Assembly: GCA_027624045.1 (NCBI GenBank)
Contig: JAQBUE010000003.1
Coordinates: 1-60,835 of the forward strand
From: Acidobacteriota bacterium
GTDB lineage: Bacteria; Acidobacteriota; Terriglobia; Bryobacterales; UBA6623
DNA: 60,835 bases
Reading direction: 5' to 3'
The translations under genes and the position numbers were made by a program. Shown piece by piece: positions 20,005-29,480 of the stretch. Under the pieces are notes generated by a model. That model searched no databases and was not told where the DNA came from. It saw nothing but the letters and a program-made list of their open reading frames with translations. Every line of letters starts with the position of its first letter. Positions within the stretch are counted from its first letter, which is position 1.

Positions 20005-22512
20005 ATGAAAATTCGACTGGCTCTTGGTCTCTCGTTTTGCCTGCTATTCGCTTGGGCTGTTACGGCCCAGCGCGACCGTGTCGAGGCGGTCGAGATCGGC
20101 CGTCACAACACCGAGTTGATGCCCAAGGGCAAGGAGGCGGACGGGCTGCCGGGCGACTTCATCCTGCGCAACAACAAGATTCACGCGCTCGTGTCGGGGG
20201 CGCAACCGTTTCGCCGCGCCAACATGACCACCGAGTACGCGGCCGTCCTTCAAGGTTGCCTCTACGATCTCGACCGGCGCGGCGAGGACAACGACCAGCT
20301 CACAGCGTTTCGTCCCGGCGGCGAGCAGGACTACATGTCATACGTGAAAGTCGCCGAGGACGGTGCGGGAGGCGCAGCCGTTATCGAAGCAGTTCGGACC
20401 GCTGCTAAGGGCGACGGGCTGTATACGCGACACGAGTACCGGCTGGAGCACGATTGGCAGTACTTACTTGTGACGTCCACCTATCGAAACGAGTCGCTGA
20501 CGGCGAAAACGATTGCGCCCACGCCGGTTTGGAAAGGACTCGATAGCGAGCAGACGGTTGGCGACATTCGGGTGGGCGACAGTATCGACCCATTCGACAA
20601 ACGCGGCTACGCAGTGGGAGCCGCGAAGGGAACAACCTTGGCGAAGGAAGTCGTACTGCAACCCGGTGAGGAGAAAGCGTTCCAGGTGCGCGTCGGCGTG
20701 GCGGATTCGCCGTTAGCCGCGTACGGCATCGTGGCGGCCGAAGAAGGGCAGACCGGTGAAGTCTCCGGCAGCGTGAAGGACGGCGACGGCAAGCCGGCCA
20801 TTCATGGTGCGCTACTCGCCACGTTACACGGCAAGCAGGTCCCTCAGTATCCAGACGCGGAAGGGCGTTTCTCCTTGCGGCTTCCGGTCGGCAATCACGC
20901 GCTTACGTTCGAAGACATCGGCCGCGATCCGGTTGAAAAACAGGTCTCGGTGAAGCGTGATGCTGCAACCCAGCTTGATCTGGCGGTTGCGAAGGCTTCC
21001 AGCGTCAACGTAGCCATCAAGGATGGCGCCGGACGGCCGTCACCGGGCAGGGTACAGTTCATCGGTGTCGACGGAACCAAGACGCCGAACTTTGGCACGG
21101 ACTACCGTGCTCACGGCGGCAATCACCAATACCAGACTCACGACGGCCGGGTGACGCAGCAGGTTCCTCCCGGTAAGTATCTGTTGCGGGTCACGATGGG
21201 ATCCGAGTACGACATGGTCGAACAGCGAATCGATGTTGCGAAGGGCCAGACGGTTTCCGTCGACGCCACGCTCAACCGCACCGTTGACACGGCCGGCTGG
21301 ATCAGCACCGACTACCACGCTCATTCGACGCCCTCGGGCGACAACTATTGCAATACGACAGACCGCATCATCAATCTGGCCGCCGAACATATCGAGTTTG
21401 CGCCTACGACTGAGCACCAGCGCCTCTATGATTGGGCGCCACATATTGAAAGACTGGGACTGAGCAGCCGCATCAAGACCGTCCCCGGCGTCGAACTCAC
21501 GGGAGCCGGCCAGCACTTCAACTCCTTCCCGTTTACACCGGACCCGCTTTCGCAAAATGGCGGCGCGCCGCTGTGGACCTATGACCCGCGCATCAATGCG
21601 ATTGTCCTGCGCAATTGGGGGACGCCAAGCCTCGCGGGGGGCTCCCGCATCGACACGTCCGCGAATGCCCGGAGGCCGGTGGAACCGTTCGGCGGCGGAC
21701 CGGACCGCTGGGTGCAGGCGAATCATCCCAACGTCGGGGGTGTGTTTTTCGACCGCGACGAAGACGGCGTTGAAGATGGCGGGTTCGTCGGCTTCGAAGA
21801 ATTGATTGACGGTGCCGAGGTTTGGAGCGAGGAGATCCTGAATCTCAATCCCAACTATGCCCGCCGCAGCGGCGCGAACCGGACGTTCGGTTGGCTCCAA
21901 ATGCTCAATCAAGGCCGCCACGTCTGGTGTGTGGCCGTGAGCGATGCGCACCGTGTTTTCGGCAACGGCGTCGGCGGCTGGCGGACGTATGTGCCCAGTT
22001 CCACCGATCAGCCGAGCGAGATCGATCACGAGGAGATCATCCGCAACTCAAAAGCAGGTCGCATGATGATCACCAATGGTCCGTTTCTGAAAGTGACGAC
22101 CGCCGACGGTCTGCCGATCGGCTCGAGCGTGATCAGCGAAGGCTTTATCGATTTGAAGATCGAAGTCCAGACTCCCAATTGGCTTGAGATCGATCGTGTC
22201 CAAGTGCTCGTCAATGGACGCCAGCCCGAGCAATACAACTTCCACAAGAGCGTCAACCCCGGCCTATTCACCGACGGCGTTGTGAACTTCAACCAGACGA
22301 TTCGTGTCATGTTGCAGCAAGACGCCCATCTGATCGTCGTCGCCACAGGTGAACGTTCGAATATCGAGAAGGGTTGGGGCCTCAATCCCTACGGCAAGAT
22401 GCATCCCGTTGCCTACACCAATCCGATTTACGTCGATGTAGACCACAACGGATTCCAGGCCAATGGCGATACGCTGGGGCACCCGCTGATGACCTCTGGC
22501 CGCGCGGACTAG
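20005..22512 (+). CDS. Secreted multi-domain metallohydrolase: carboxypeptidase-regulatory-like beta-sandwich repeats plus a PHP/CehA-McbA-like domain
   Basis: Signal peptide MKIRLALGLSFCLLFAWAVTAQ. His clusters typical of PHP-like hydrolases are present (DYHAHSTPSGD, TTEHQRLYDW, VSDAHRVFG). Confidence 0.6.
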   Translation: MKIRLALGLSFCLLFAWAVTAQRDRVEAVEIGRHNTELMPKGKEADGLPGDFILRNNKIHALVSGAQPFRRANMTTEYAAVLQGCLYDLDRRGEDNDQLTAFRPGGEQDYMSYVKVAEDGAGGAAVIEAVRTAAKGDGLYTRHEYRLEHDWQYLLVTSTYRNESLTAKTIAPTPVWKGLDSEQTVGDIRVGDSIDPFDKRGYAVGAAKGTTLAKEVVLQPGEEKAFQVRVGVADSPLAAYGIVAAEEGQTGEVSGSVKDGDGKPAIHGALLATLHGKQVPQYPDAEGRFSLRLPVGNHALTFEDIGRDPVEKQVSVKRDAATQLDLAVAKASSVNVAIKDGAGRPSPGRVQFIGVDGTKTPNFGTDYRAHGGNHQYQTHDGRVTQQVPPGKYLLRVTMGSEYDMVEQRIDVAKGQTVSVDATLNRTVDTAGWISTDYHAHSTPSGDNYCNTTDRIINLAAEHIEFAPTTEHQRLYDWAPHIERLGLSSRIKTVPGVELTGAGQHFNSFPFTPDPLSQNGGAPLWTYDPRINAIVLRNWGTPSLAGGSRIDTSANARRPVEPFGGGPDRWVQANHPNVGGVFFDRDEDGVEDGGFVGFEELIDGAEVWSEEILNLNPNYARRSGANRTFGWLQMLNQGRHVWCVAVSDAHRVFGNGVGGWRTYVPSSTDQPSEIDHEEIIRNSKAGRMMITNGPFLKVTTADGLPIGSSVISEGFIDLKIEVQTPNWLEIDRVQVLVNGRQPEQYNFHKSVNPGLFTDGVVNFNQTIRVMLQQDAHLIVVATGERSNIEKGWGLNPYGKMHPVAYTNPIYVDVDHNGFQANGDTLGHPLMTSGRAD

Positions 22513-22605
22513 GGCGCTGACTAGGGGCGCCTAGGGCGTCTAGCGGAAACGCTTTCTCACGGGCGGGAATCTAAGATGAAGAGAGCCGTCGACGGGAGGC
22601 GTCCC

Positions 22606-23715
22606 ATGGTCATCGGAGTACCGAAGGAAATCAAGAGCGGGGAAACTCGCGTTGCGCTCGTTCCGAGCGGAGTCACCGCGCTGCAGGAATCGGGCCACGA
22701 AGTCCTTGTAGAAGCTGGCGCGGGCGAAGGAAGCTCGATCAGCAATGAGGAGTATGCGAAAGCCGGCGCGATTATTGTCGAGTCCGCCAAGGATGTTTGG
22801 AGGCAGGCGGACATCATCGTCAAGGTGAAGGAACCTCAGACGAGTGAGGGCGCTTACTTCCGGCCTTCGCTGACGCTTTTCACATACCTGCACCTGGCGC
22901 CGTTGCGCGAGCTGACGCAAAGCCTGATGGACAGCGGGGTCACGGCCATCGCCTATGAAACCGTCCAGGAAGAGGACGGCTCGCTGCCGCTGCTGGAGCC
23001 GATGAGCGAAGTGGCGGGCCGCCTAGCCCCACAAGTTGGCGCGCAGTATCTCGAAAAGTGCTATCACGGACGCGGCGTTCTTCTGGGAGGCGTACCCGGC
23101 GTGCCTGCCGCGGAAGTCGTGATCATTGGCGGCGGTATCGTGGGAACGAACTCCGCGCGAGTTGCCGTCGGAACGGGAGCGCAAGTCACGATCATCGATA
23201 AGAACCTGCGGCGCTTGCGCGAGCTGGATGATCTATTCCAGGGCCGGGTCACGACGCTGGCCTCGAATTCTACGAACATCGCCGAATCGCTTTCGCGGGC
23301 GGATCTGACGATCGGCGCCGTTCTGATCCCCGGAGCGTCAGCCCCGAAAGTTATTCGCCGCGACATGGTCGAGCGCATGAAGAGGGGCACGGTGTTTGTT
23401 GATGTGGCAATCGATCAAGGGGGTTGTGCTGAGACCTCCCGGCCGACGTCGCATAGCGAGCCCGTCTATGAAGTCGGCGGCGTACAGCACTACTGCGTAA
23501 CCAACCTGCCGGCTCTGGTTGCCAACACCTCGACGTACGCGCTCACCAATGCCACACTTCCCTACCTCAAGCTGCTGGCCGACCACGGGGTCGGACAGGC
23601 CATGCGCAAGAACGCTTCGCTTCGCAAAGGTATCAGCACCTACCGCGGGGCGCTAACGTGTCACGCCGTTGCCGACTCACAAGGCCGCTCGTGGGAAGAG
23701 TTGCCCGTGGGATGA
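22606..23715 (+). CDS. ald: Alanine dehydrogenase
   Basis: The start is MVIGVPKEIKSGETRVALVP. The NAD fold is VVIIGGGIVGTNSARVA. An SD GGGAGG lies 6 nt upstream of ATG 22606. Confidence 0.93.
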   Translation: MVIGVPKEIKSGETRVALVPSGVTALQESGHEVLVEAGAGEGSSISNEEYAKAGAIIVESAKDVWRQADIIVKVKEPQTSEGAYFRPSLTLFTYLHLAPLRELTQSLMDSGVTAIAYETVQEEDGSLPLLEPMSEVAGRLAPQVGAQYLEKCYHGRGVLLGGVPGVPAAEVVIIGGGIVGTNSARVAVGTGAQVTIIDKNLRRLRELDDLFQGRVTTLASNSTNIAESLSRADLTIGAVLIPGASAPKVIRRDMVERMKRGTVFVDVAIDQGGCAETSRPTSHSEPVYEVGGVQHYCVTNLPALVANTSTYALTNATLPYLKLLADHGVGQAMRKNASLRKGISTYRGALTCHAVADSQGRSWEELPVG

Positions 23716-23745
23716 TCCAGAATTGTTCGCCTTCCTGGATCATCC
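23710..23745 (+). terminator. Perfect 11-bp hairpin overlapping the ald stop codon (terminator-like, no U-tract)
   Basis: GGATGATCCAG (23710-23720) pairs with CTGGATCATCC (23735-23745), with a 14-nt loop. Confidence 0.35.
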
Positions 23746-23928
23746 GCCACTCAACACCCATCTTCTAGCCGAGCCGCGACCAAACGAAGCGGTACGCGCT
23801 CGCGAACAGCCGCTACCCTCGACCTTGAGCAACGGAGCGGCGGGTGTATGCCCGGCGGCCCGCGCTGCCACGCACTCTAGTTCTTCCGTAGCGGCACTCG
23901 CTCTTATGAGAGACACTAAGCTCACCCG

Positions 23929-25962
23929 ATGGGCATCGCCGCTGATATCGCGATCATTCTCGTTGCCGCATTGATCGGTGGCCTTGTGGCGCACCGGCTC
24001 GGCCAGCCCCTGCTGCTGGGCTACATCCTTGCCGGCGTCGCGGTCGGTCCATTCACGGTGGGGCCGACGGTCGAAGCTGTCCACGAAATCGAACTACTAG
24101 CGGAGATCGGCGTCGCGCTGCTGCTTTTTGCGATCGGCATCGAGTTTTCACTGAAGAACCTCAAACCCGTCCGTCGGATCGCGTTGATCGGAGGCCCGGT
24201 GCAGATCGTGCTCTGCATCGCATTCGGCTACGGCATAGGTTACAACGTCTTCGGATGGGATGCCAACGAATCGGCATGGTTCGGAGCTCTGATCGCTCTT
24301 TCGAGCACGATGGTGGTGCTGAAGAGCCTGGCGGCGCAGGGCGCTACGGGGACGTTTTCGGGTCGAATCATGGTCGGCATGCTCATTGTCCAGGATCTGG
24401 CGGTCGTCCCGATGATGATCATCCTGCCGCGTTTGGGCGATCTGCGGGGCAGCTTGCCGCTGCTGGGTACGGCCGCGCTACAGGCGGTGATCTTTCTGGC
24501 GGCGATGGTTCTGGTAGGAACCCGCGTGATCCCGTGGCTGTTGCGGCTTATCGTCGGATGGAAATCGCGTGAGCTGTTCCTCGTCGCCGTCATAACCCTC
24601 GGCGTTGGTATTGGCTACGGGACATACTTGTTCGGTCTCTCCTTCGCGTTCGGTGCGTTTGTCGCCGGCATGGTGCTCAGCGAGTCCGATTTCAGTCACC
24701 AGGCGCTCAGCGACATCATACCCGTCCGCGACGTCTTTGGACTTCTGTTTTTCGTCTCCGTCGGGCTGCTGTTCGATCCAAACTATCTGATCCAAAACGC
24801 CATGACAGTCGCGCTCACCGTTGCCGTCGTCATTGCCGGCAAAGCGCTCGTTTTCGGGGCCGTCACCCGGGCCTCCGGATATCGCGGCTCGATCCCGTTT
24901 GTCGTCGCGCTGGGTCTCTGTCAGGTGGGTGAGTTCTCGTTTGTCTTAGCCCGCATCGGGCTCAAGACCGAAAGCATCTCGCAGAACCTCTATTCACTTG
25001 TGCTCACGACGACCGTTATCACTATGGTTCTTACACCGTTCCTGTACAAGTCCGCCCCGCGTCTTTATGGTTTGTGGCGGCGTGTCCGCCCGGAGCAGCC
25101 GTCGCTGATTACCTACAACCTGCCTGATGAAGAGATGCACGATCACGTGGTGGTTGTGGGTTTTGGGCGCACGGGGCGGGCGGCGGTCGAGGTGATGGAA
25201 CGTGTGGGCCTGCCGTATGTCGTTCTGGAACTCGATCACCGCAAAGTCGAGCTGTGCAAAAAGGAAGGTCACGCAATTATCTATGGCGACTCGACAAGCG
25301 AGATCGTTCTGCATGCCGCCGGGACGCAGCGGGCTCGCTTGCTGCTCGTGACGATCCCCGACGTGGTCGGTGCGGAATTGATCATCAATCGCGCGCGCGA
25401 TTTGAATCCCGACCTGCGGATCGTCGCCCGCGCCATGCACCAGGAGCAACTGCAGCGTCTGGGCGGAATGGGCATTACGGAAGTTGTGCAGCCTGAGTTC
25501 GAGGCGGGGCTCGAGATGGTGCGGCAGGTGCTCATCCAGTTCAAGGTGATGCCGGCGGAGATCCGGCGATTCACCGACGCGGTCCGCATGGAGATGTACG
25601 CCCCGCTTGCCACTTCAGATCGAGCGAGCGGTAGTCTTCAGATGTTGAGCGAATTTCACTGGGCGCAGGAAGCGCTTGAGATGGACTGGGTCGACGTGGA
25701 AGAGACCAGCAGTCTGGTGGGTCAAAGTATCGGCGCGGTAGGCATCCGTAAGCGCACGGGCGGTTCGATCGTGGGAATTCTGCGGAACGACTCTGTCATC
25801 TCGAACCCCGGCCCAGAGTATGTCCTGCGGTCCGGTGAGACGCTGGGCATCCTCGGGACGCAGGAGCAGCGGCAGGCCATCCGCAAGTTGTTGGAGGAAT
25901 CAGAGTCTCCGGCAGCTACCCAAGCCGCCGTGAAGCCCGCGAACGCGAGCCCCATGGATTAG
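23929..25962 (+). CDS. Kef-type monovalent cation:proton antiporter (CPA2) with TrkA-N and TrkA-C (RCK) domains
   Basis: N-terminal Na+/H+ exchanger-like polytopic domain. The RCK fold is [14 protein letters not shown]. The C-terminal TrkC-like region includes [22 protein letters not shown]. Confidence 0.88.
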   Translation: MGIAADIAIILVAALIGGLVAHRLGQPLLLGYILAGVAVGPFTVGPTVEAVHEIELLAEIGVALLLFAIGIEFSLKNLKPVRRIALIGGPVQIVLCIAFGYGIGYNVFGWDANESAWFGALIALSSTMVVLKSLAAQGATGTFSGRIMVGMLIVQDLAVVPMMIILPRLGDLRGSLPLLGTAALQAVIFLAAMVLVGTRVIPWLLRLIVGWKSRELFLVAVITLGVGIGYGTYLFGLSFAFGAFVAGMVLSESDFSHQALSDIIPVRDVFGLLFFVSVGLLFDPNYLIQNAMTVALTVAVVIAGKALVFGAVTRASGYRGSIPFVVALGLCQVGEFSFVLARIGLKTESISQNLYSLVLTTTVITMVLTPFLYKSAPRLYGLWRRVRPEQPSLITYNLPDEEMHDHVVVVGFGRTGRAAVEVMERVGLPYVVLELDHRKVELCKKEGHAIIYGDSTSEIVLHAAGTQRARLLLVTIPDVVGAELIINRARDLNPDLRIVARAMHQEQLQRLGGMGITEVVQPEFEAGLEMVRQVLIQFKVMPAEIRRFTDAVRMEMYAPLATSDRASGSLQMLSEFHWAQEALEMDWVDVEETSSLVGQSIGAVGIRKRTGGSIVGILRNDSVISNPGPEYVLRSGETLGILGTQEQRQAIRKLLEESESPAATQAAVKPANASPMD

Positions 25963-26047
25963 TCTGCATTCCTCCCCACATGCCGGTTTGCCGGCCTTGC
26001 CGGAGTCCGCGCCTTCGTGAGAAAGGCTCCCCTACACTGGAATCAAG

Positions 26048-27235
26048 ATGGGTATTTTCGACGACGAAGAGTTTTACCGCATCGGCAAGCTGCCGCCTTA
26101 CGTATTCGCTGTGATCAACGAAATGCGGGCGAAGGCGCGCGCCGCGCAGCTCGATGTGATCGATCTCGGCATGGGCAACCCGGACGGTGCTACGCCGCGC
26201 CCGATTGTCTCGAAACTGGCCGAGGCCGCCCGCAAGAAAGCGAACCATCGCTACTCGATGTCGCGCGGCATCCCGCGCCTGCGGGACGAGATTTGCAAAC
26301 GGTACAAAGCCAAGTACGACGTCGATCTTGATCGCGATACGGAAGCAATCGTCACGGTGGGCGCGAAGGACGCGCTGGCCCATCTGTTGTTCGCCGTGAT
26401 CGGTCCCGGCGATGTCGTTGTCACGCCCGATCCGGCATACCCGATTCATCAATGGGGCATCGTCATGGCCGAGGGACAGGCGAGCTATTTGCCGCTCGAT
26501 TGCCCGGACGAGTTTCTCAATCGCGTCGAGGATTTCTACAAGAAGTCGGCCCAGCCGCCGAAGATGATCCTGGTTTCGTTCCCGCATAATCCGACGGCGA
26601 CCTGCGTGGAGCTGCCGTTCTTTGAGCGGCTCGTCGAGTTGGCTCACCAGCACGGCACGATGATCGTTCACGATTTCGCCTACGCCGACCTGTGCTTCGA
26701 TGGCTACAAAGCGCCGAGCCTGCTGCAGGTGCCCGGAGCGAAGGAAGTCGGCGTCGAGATCTTCTCGATGTCAAAGAGCTACAACATGGCCGGCTGGCGA
26801 GTCGGGTTCTGCCTGGGTAATCAGAAGATGATCGCCGCGCTCGGCCGCATCAAGAGCTACCTCGACTACGGCGTCTTCCAGCCAATTCAAATCGCCTCGA
26901 TCATTGCCTTGCGCGAGTGCGAAGAAGACACACAGAAGATCTGCGATGTTTACAAGAAGCGGCGTGACGTTCTTGTCGAAGGTCTGCACCGGGCCGGGTG
27001 GATGGTTGAGCCGCCCAAAGCCACCATGTTTCTCTGGGCGAAGATTCCGGAGCGGTATGAGTGGGCCGGTTCGCTCGAATTTTCGAAACTCGTTCTGGAG
27101 AAAGCCCTGGTCGCCGTATCACCCGGCATCGGTTTCGGCCCCCATGGCGAAGGGCACGTGCGATTTGCGCTCGTAGAGAACGAGCACCGCACCCGGCAAG
27201 CGACGCGAGGAATCAAAAAGCTGCTTAAGGATTAG
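26048..27235 (+). CDS. alaC: Class I/II PLP aminotransferase, AlaC (YfdZ)-type alanine transaminase
   Basis: It is colinear with E. coli AlaC as I recall it (RIGKLPPYVF...DLGMGNPDGATP..., SMSKSYNMAGWRVGF, ...VSPGIGFG..GEGHVRFALVEN). Confidence 0.85.
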   Translation: MGIFDDEEFYRIGKLPPYVFAVINEMRAKARAAQLDVIDLGMGNPDGATPRPIVSKLAEAARKKANHRYSMSRGIPRLRDEICKRYKAKYDVDLDRDTEAIVTVGAKDALAHLLFAVIGPGDVVVTPDPAYPIHQWGIVMAEGQASYLPLDCPDEFLNRVEDFYKKSAQPPKMILVSFPHNPTATCVELPFFERLVELAHQHGTMIVHDFAYADLCFDGYKAPSLLQVPGAKEVGVEIFSMSKSYNMAGWRVGFCLGNQKMIAALGRIKSYLDYGVFQPIQIASIIALRECEEDTQKICDVYKKRRDVLVEGLHRAGWMVEPPKATMFLWAKIPERYEWAGSLEFSKLVLEKALVAVSPGIGFGPHGEGHVRFALVENEHRTRQATRGIKKLLKD

Positions 27236-27308
27236 CCTCTCGCAAATGAACCCCATCGTCCGGTTGCTCTCATGGTCTGCTAGGTAGTACCATTCGCGAA
27301 CGAATCTC

Positions 27309-28568
27309 ATGAGCACATCAGACGAAACCCAGCCTTCCGGGCTCCAAAAACTCTTCCGCCTCGCCGCTTCGGTCGCACCCGGCATTTTCATGATCGGGTA
27401 CGTGATCGGGACGGGTAGTGTCACGACGATGGCGACCGCGGGTGCCGACTACGGCATGTCGCTCACGTGGACGCTCGTCCTTGCGTCGCTGTTCACCCAC
27501 ATCATGGTCGTGGCCCTGAGCCGCTTGACGATCCTGACCGGCGAGACAACGCTGTTCACGTTCCGCAATCATTTCGGTAAACCGGTCACGATCTTCCTAA
27601 TCGGGTCGCTAATGGTTACGCAACTCGCATCGATCATCGGCGTCATGGCGATCGTCAGCGACGTCATGCGCGAGTGGACGGCGCAGGTCACCGGCGGCCC
27701 GGGCATACCGCAGATCGTCTGGGCGGCGGGATTCACTCTGCTGCTGCTGGGACTGTATTGGCAAGGCCGCCACGGTTTCTTCCTCAAGGTTCTGGCCCTG
27801 CTGGTAACGATGATGGGAGTGGCTTTCTTCGTAACAGCCTTTATGGTGAAGCCCGATCCGGCGATGATCATCGAAGGACTGCTCCCAAGCATCCCGGACG
27901 TAGGCAACCCGGCGCTGTTGATCGCCGGCATGATCGGCACGACGATGGCGGGCGTCGTACTGGTAACCCGTAGCGTGCTGGTGCAGGAAAAGGGCTGGAC
28001 AACGAACGATTTTCACGAGGTCAACCGCGACTCCGGCTTCTCGATGACGCTGTTGTTTTTCATCAACGCCGCCATCATGGCCTGCGCCGCCGGCACACTG
28101 CACATCCGCGGGATGGAGATCGAACGTGCGATTGACATGGTTCGCACCATCGAGCCGCTGGCGGGCGCGGCCGCGGCGGCGTTGTTTGTCTTCGGAATCC
28201 TGGCCGCCGGCCTTTCCTCGCTGTTTCCCAACTACTTGCTCGGGCCTTGGCTGATCTCGGACTTTCTCGGGATCAAGCGCGATATGAGCCGCCCCGCCTT
28301 CCGCATCCTCGTCGTCTCGACCTCGTTGTTCGGCCTGATTGTGCCGATCTTCGGCGGCAGCCCGGTGCAGATCATGATCGCCTCGCAAGCGTTAAGCCCG
28401 CTCGTGATGCCGCTGCTTGTTCTCTTTGTGTGGATTCTCATCAATAAGCAGAGCGTCGCGCGCGAACACAAACCTTCCGTCTTGCTCAATATCGGGATGG
28501 GTGTAACGCTCGTCTTCTCGACTTACATGTTGTATCTGGCGGTGGTGGGGTTCATCAACCGCGGGTAG
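27309..28568 (+). CDS. NRAMP-fold transporter, divergent (canonical DPGN metal motif absent)
   Basis: Homologous to MntH over TM1-2 (APGIFMIGYVIGTGSVTTMATAGADYGMSLTW versus [32 protein letters not shown]). It has GTGS in place of DPGN. Confidence 0.75.
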   Translation: MSTSDETQPSGLQKLFRLAASVAPGIFMIGYVIGTGSVTTMATAGADYGMSLTWTLVLASLFTHIMVVALSRLTILTGETTLFTFRNHFGKPVTIFLIGSLMVTQLASIIGVMAIVSDVMREWTAQVTGGPGIPQIVWAAGFTLLLLGLYWQGRHGFFLKVLALLVTMMGVAFFVTAFMVKPDPAMIIEGLLPSIPDVGNPALLIAGMIGTTMAGVVLVTRSVLVQEKGWTTNDFHEVNRDSGFSMTLLFFINAAIMACAAGTLHIRGMEIERAIDMVRTIEPLAGAAAAALFVFGILAAGLSSLFPNYLLGPWLISDFLGIKRDMSRPAFRILVVSTSLFGLIVPIFGGSPVQIMIASQALSPLVMPLLVLFVWILINKQSVAREHKPSVLLNIGMGVTLVFSTYMLYLAVVGFINRG

Positions 28569-28594
28569 GCCTCTATTTCGCGCAACACGCAAGG

Positions 28595-28999
28595 CTATCG
28601 CGGATAGGGATGATTCCGCAGGATCGTAAACGCCCGGTAGACTTGCTCGGCTAGCACGACCCGCGCCAGCTCATGCGGCAGGGTCATCTTCGAAAGCGAC
28701 AGCAGCGCGTCTGCTTCGGTACGAAACGTATCGGAGAATCCGTCGGCCCCGCCGATGCAGAACTGGATCTCGCCGCTCTTTGCTTCCAGTAGTTCGGCCA
28801 GTCCTTCGGAAGTCATCATGCGGCCGGCGGGATCGAGCAGAACGCGGAAAGCTTTCGCCGCGGACGGCATCGCTTTCTCATTCTTCACTTCAACCATCTC
28901 GAAACGGCAAAAGTGTCCAATACGCTTGGCGTACTCATCCGCCAGTAAGTTCGCTTCGCGGCTGCGCGGCTTACCGATGTAGTACAGATGGATTTTCAC
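28595..28999 (-). CDS. rlmH: 23S rRNA (pseudouridine1915-N3)-methyltransferase
   Basis: SPOUT-family RlmH pattern (KIHLYYIGKPR..., ...FCIGGADGFS..., MTLPHELARVVLAEQVYRAFTI). GTG start. Confidence 0.9.
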   Translation of the reverse strand: MKIHLYYIGKPRSREANLLADEYAKRIGHFCRFEMVEVKNEKAMPSAAKAFRVLLDPAGRMMTSEGLAELLEAKSGEIQFCIGGADGFSDTFRTEADALLSLSKMTLPHELARVVLAEQVYRAFTILRNHPYPR

Positions 29000-29040
29000 A
29001 GGTGCAAGGGCAAGCTCCCCCGCGCCGCGCGGTTACACGC

Positions 29041-29400
29041 CTAGGCGAGAGCCGCTTCGGGGATCACTTCGGGAACTTCGAGACGGGGCGCGCCCCTCCA
29101 CAACCTATCGAGTGCGTAGTATTCCCGCGCGGCCGTAGAGAAAACGTGAACGACGATGTCGCCGTAGTCCATCAGTATCCACTCGGCGTTCGCGTAGCCT
29201 TCAATGCCGAACGGCCGCGCACCCTGCGCCCTAAGGTCTTCTTCAATGGCACCCGAGATGGCCTGCACCTGTTTCGGATTCGCCCCGGTACAGAGGATGA
29301 ACTTGTCGGTTAACGAACTGACGGCCTGAATATCGAGAACGAGAATATCTTCGGCTTTGCGTGACTGCGCCGCGTGAACCGCAGCCTCCCAATCGGACAT
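29041..29400 (-). CDS. rsfS: Ribosome silencing factor
   Basis: RsfS core is present: ILVLDIQAVSSLTDKFILCTG...IEGYANAEWILMDYGDIVVHVF...REYYALDRLW. ATG 29400 is preferred over TTG 29421. Confidence 0.9.
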   Translation of the reverse strand: MSDWEAAVHAAQSRKAEDILVLDIQAVSSLTDKFILCTGANPKQVQAISGAIEEDLRAQGARPFGIEGYANAEWILMDYGDIVVHVFSTAAREYYALDRLWRGAPRLEVPEVIPEAALA

Positions 29401-29480
29401 AGACTCGCTTTCCCTCGTCAAATTTATCTTACTGCAAAAACGTTTCGCGGGTAGAATGAAGTCGATTATAGGAGCCTTGG

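Noticed and set aside
27236-27308. Possible riboswitches: Mn2+ (yybP-ykoY) ahead of the NRAMP-like gene, cobalamin ahead of the mutase (53630-53698), and c-di-AMP ahead of the Kef gene (23716-23928)
   Set aside because: The first two leaders are too short (~70 nt) for these riboswitch classes. In the 213-nt Kef leader I could not find the conserved cores from memory. A covariance-model scan (Rfam/Infernal) would be needed to exclude them formally.
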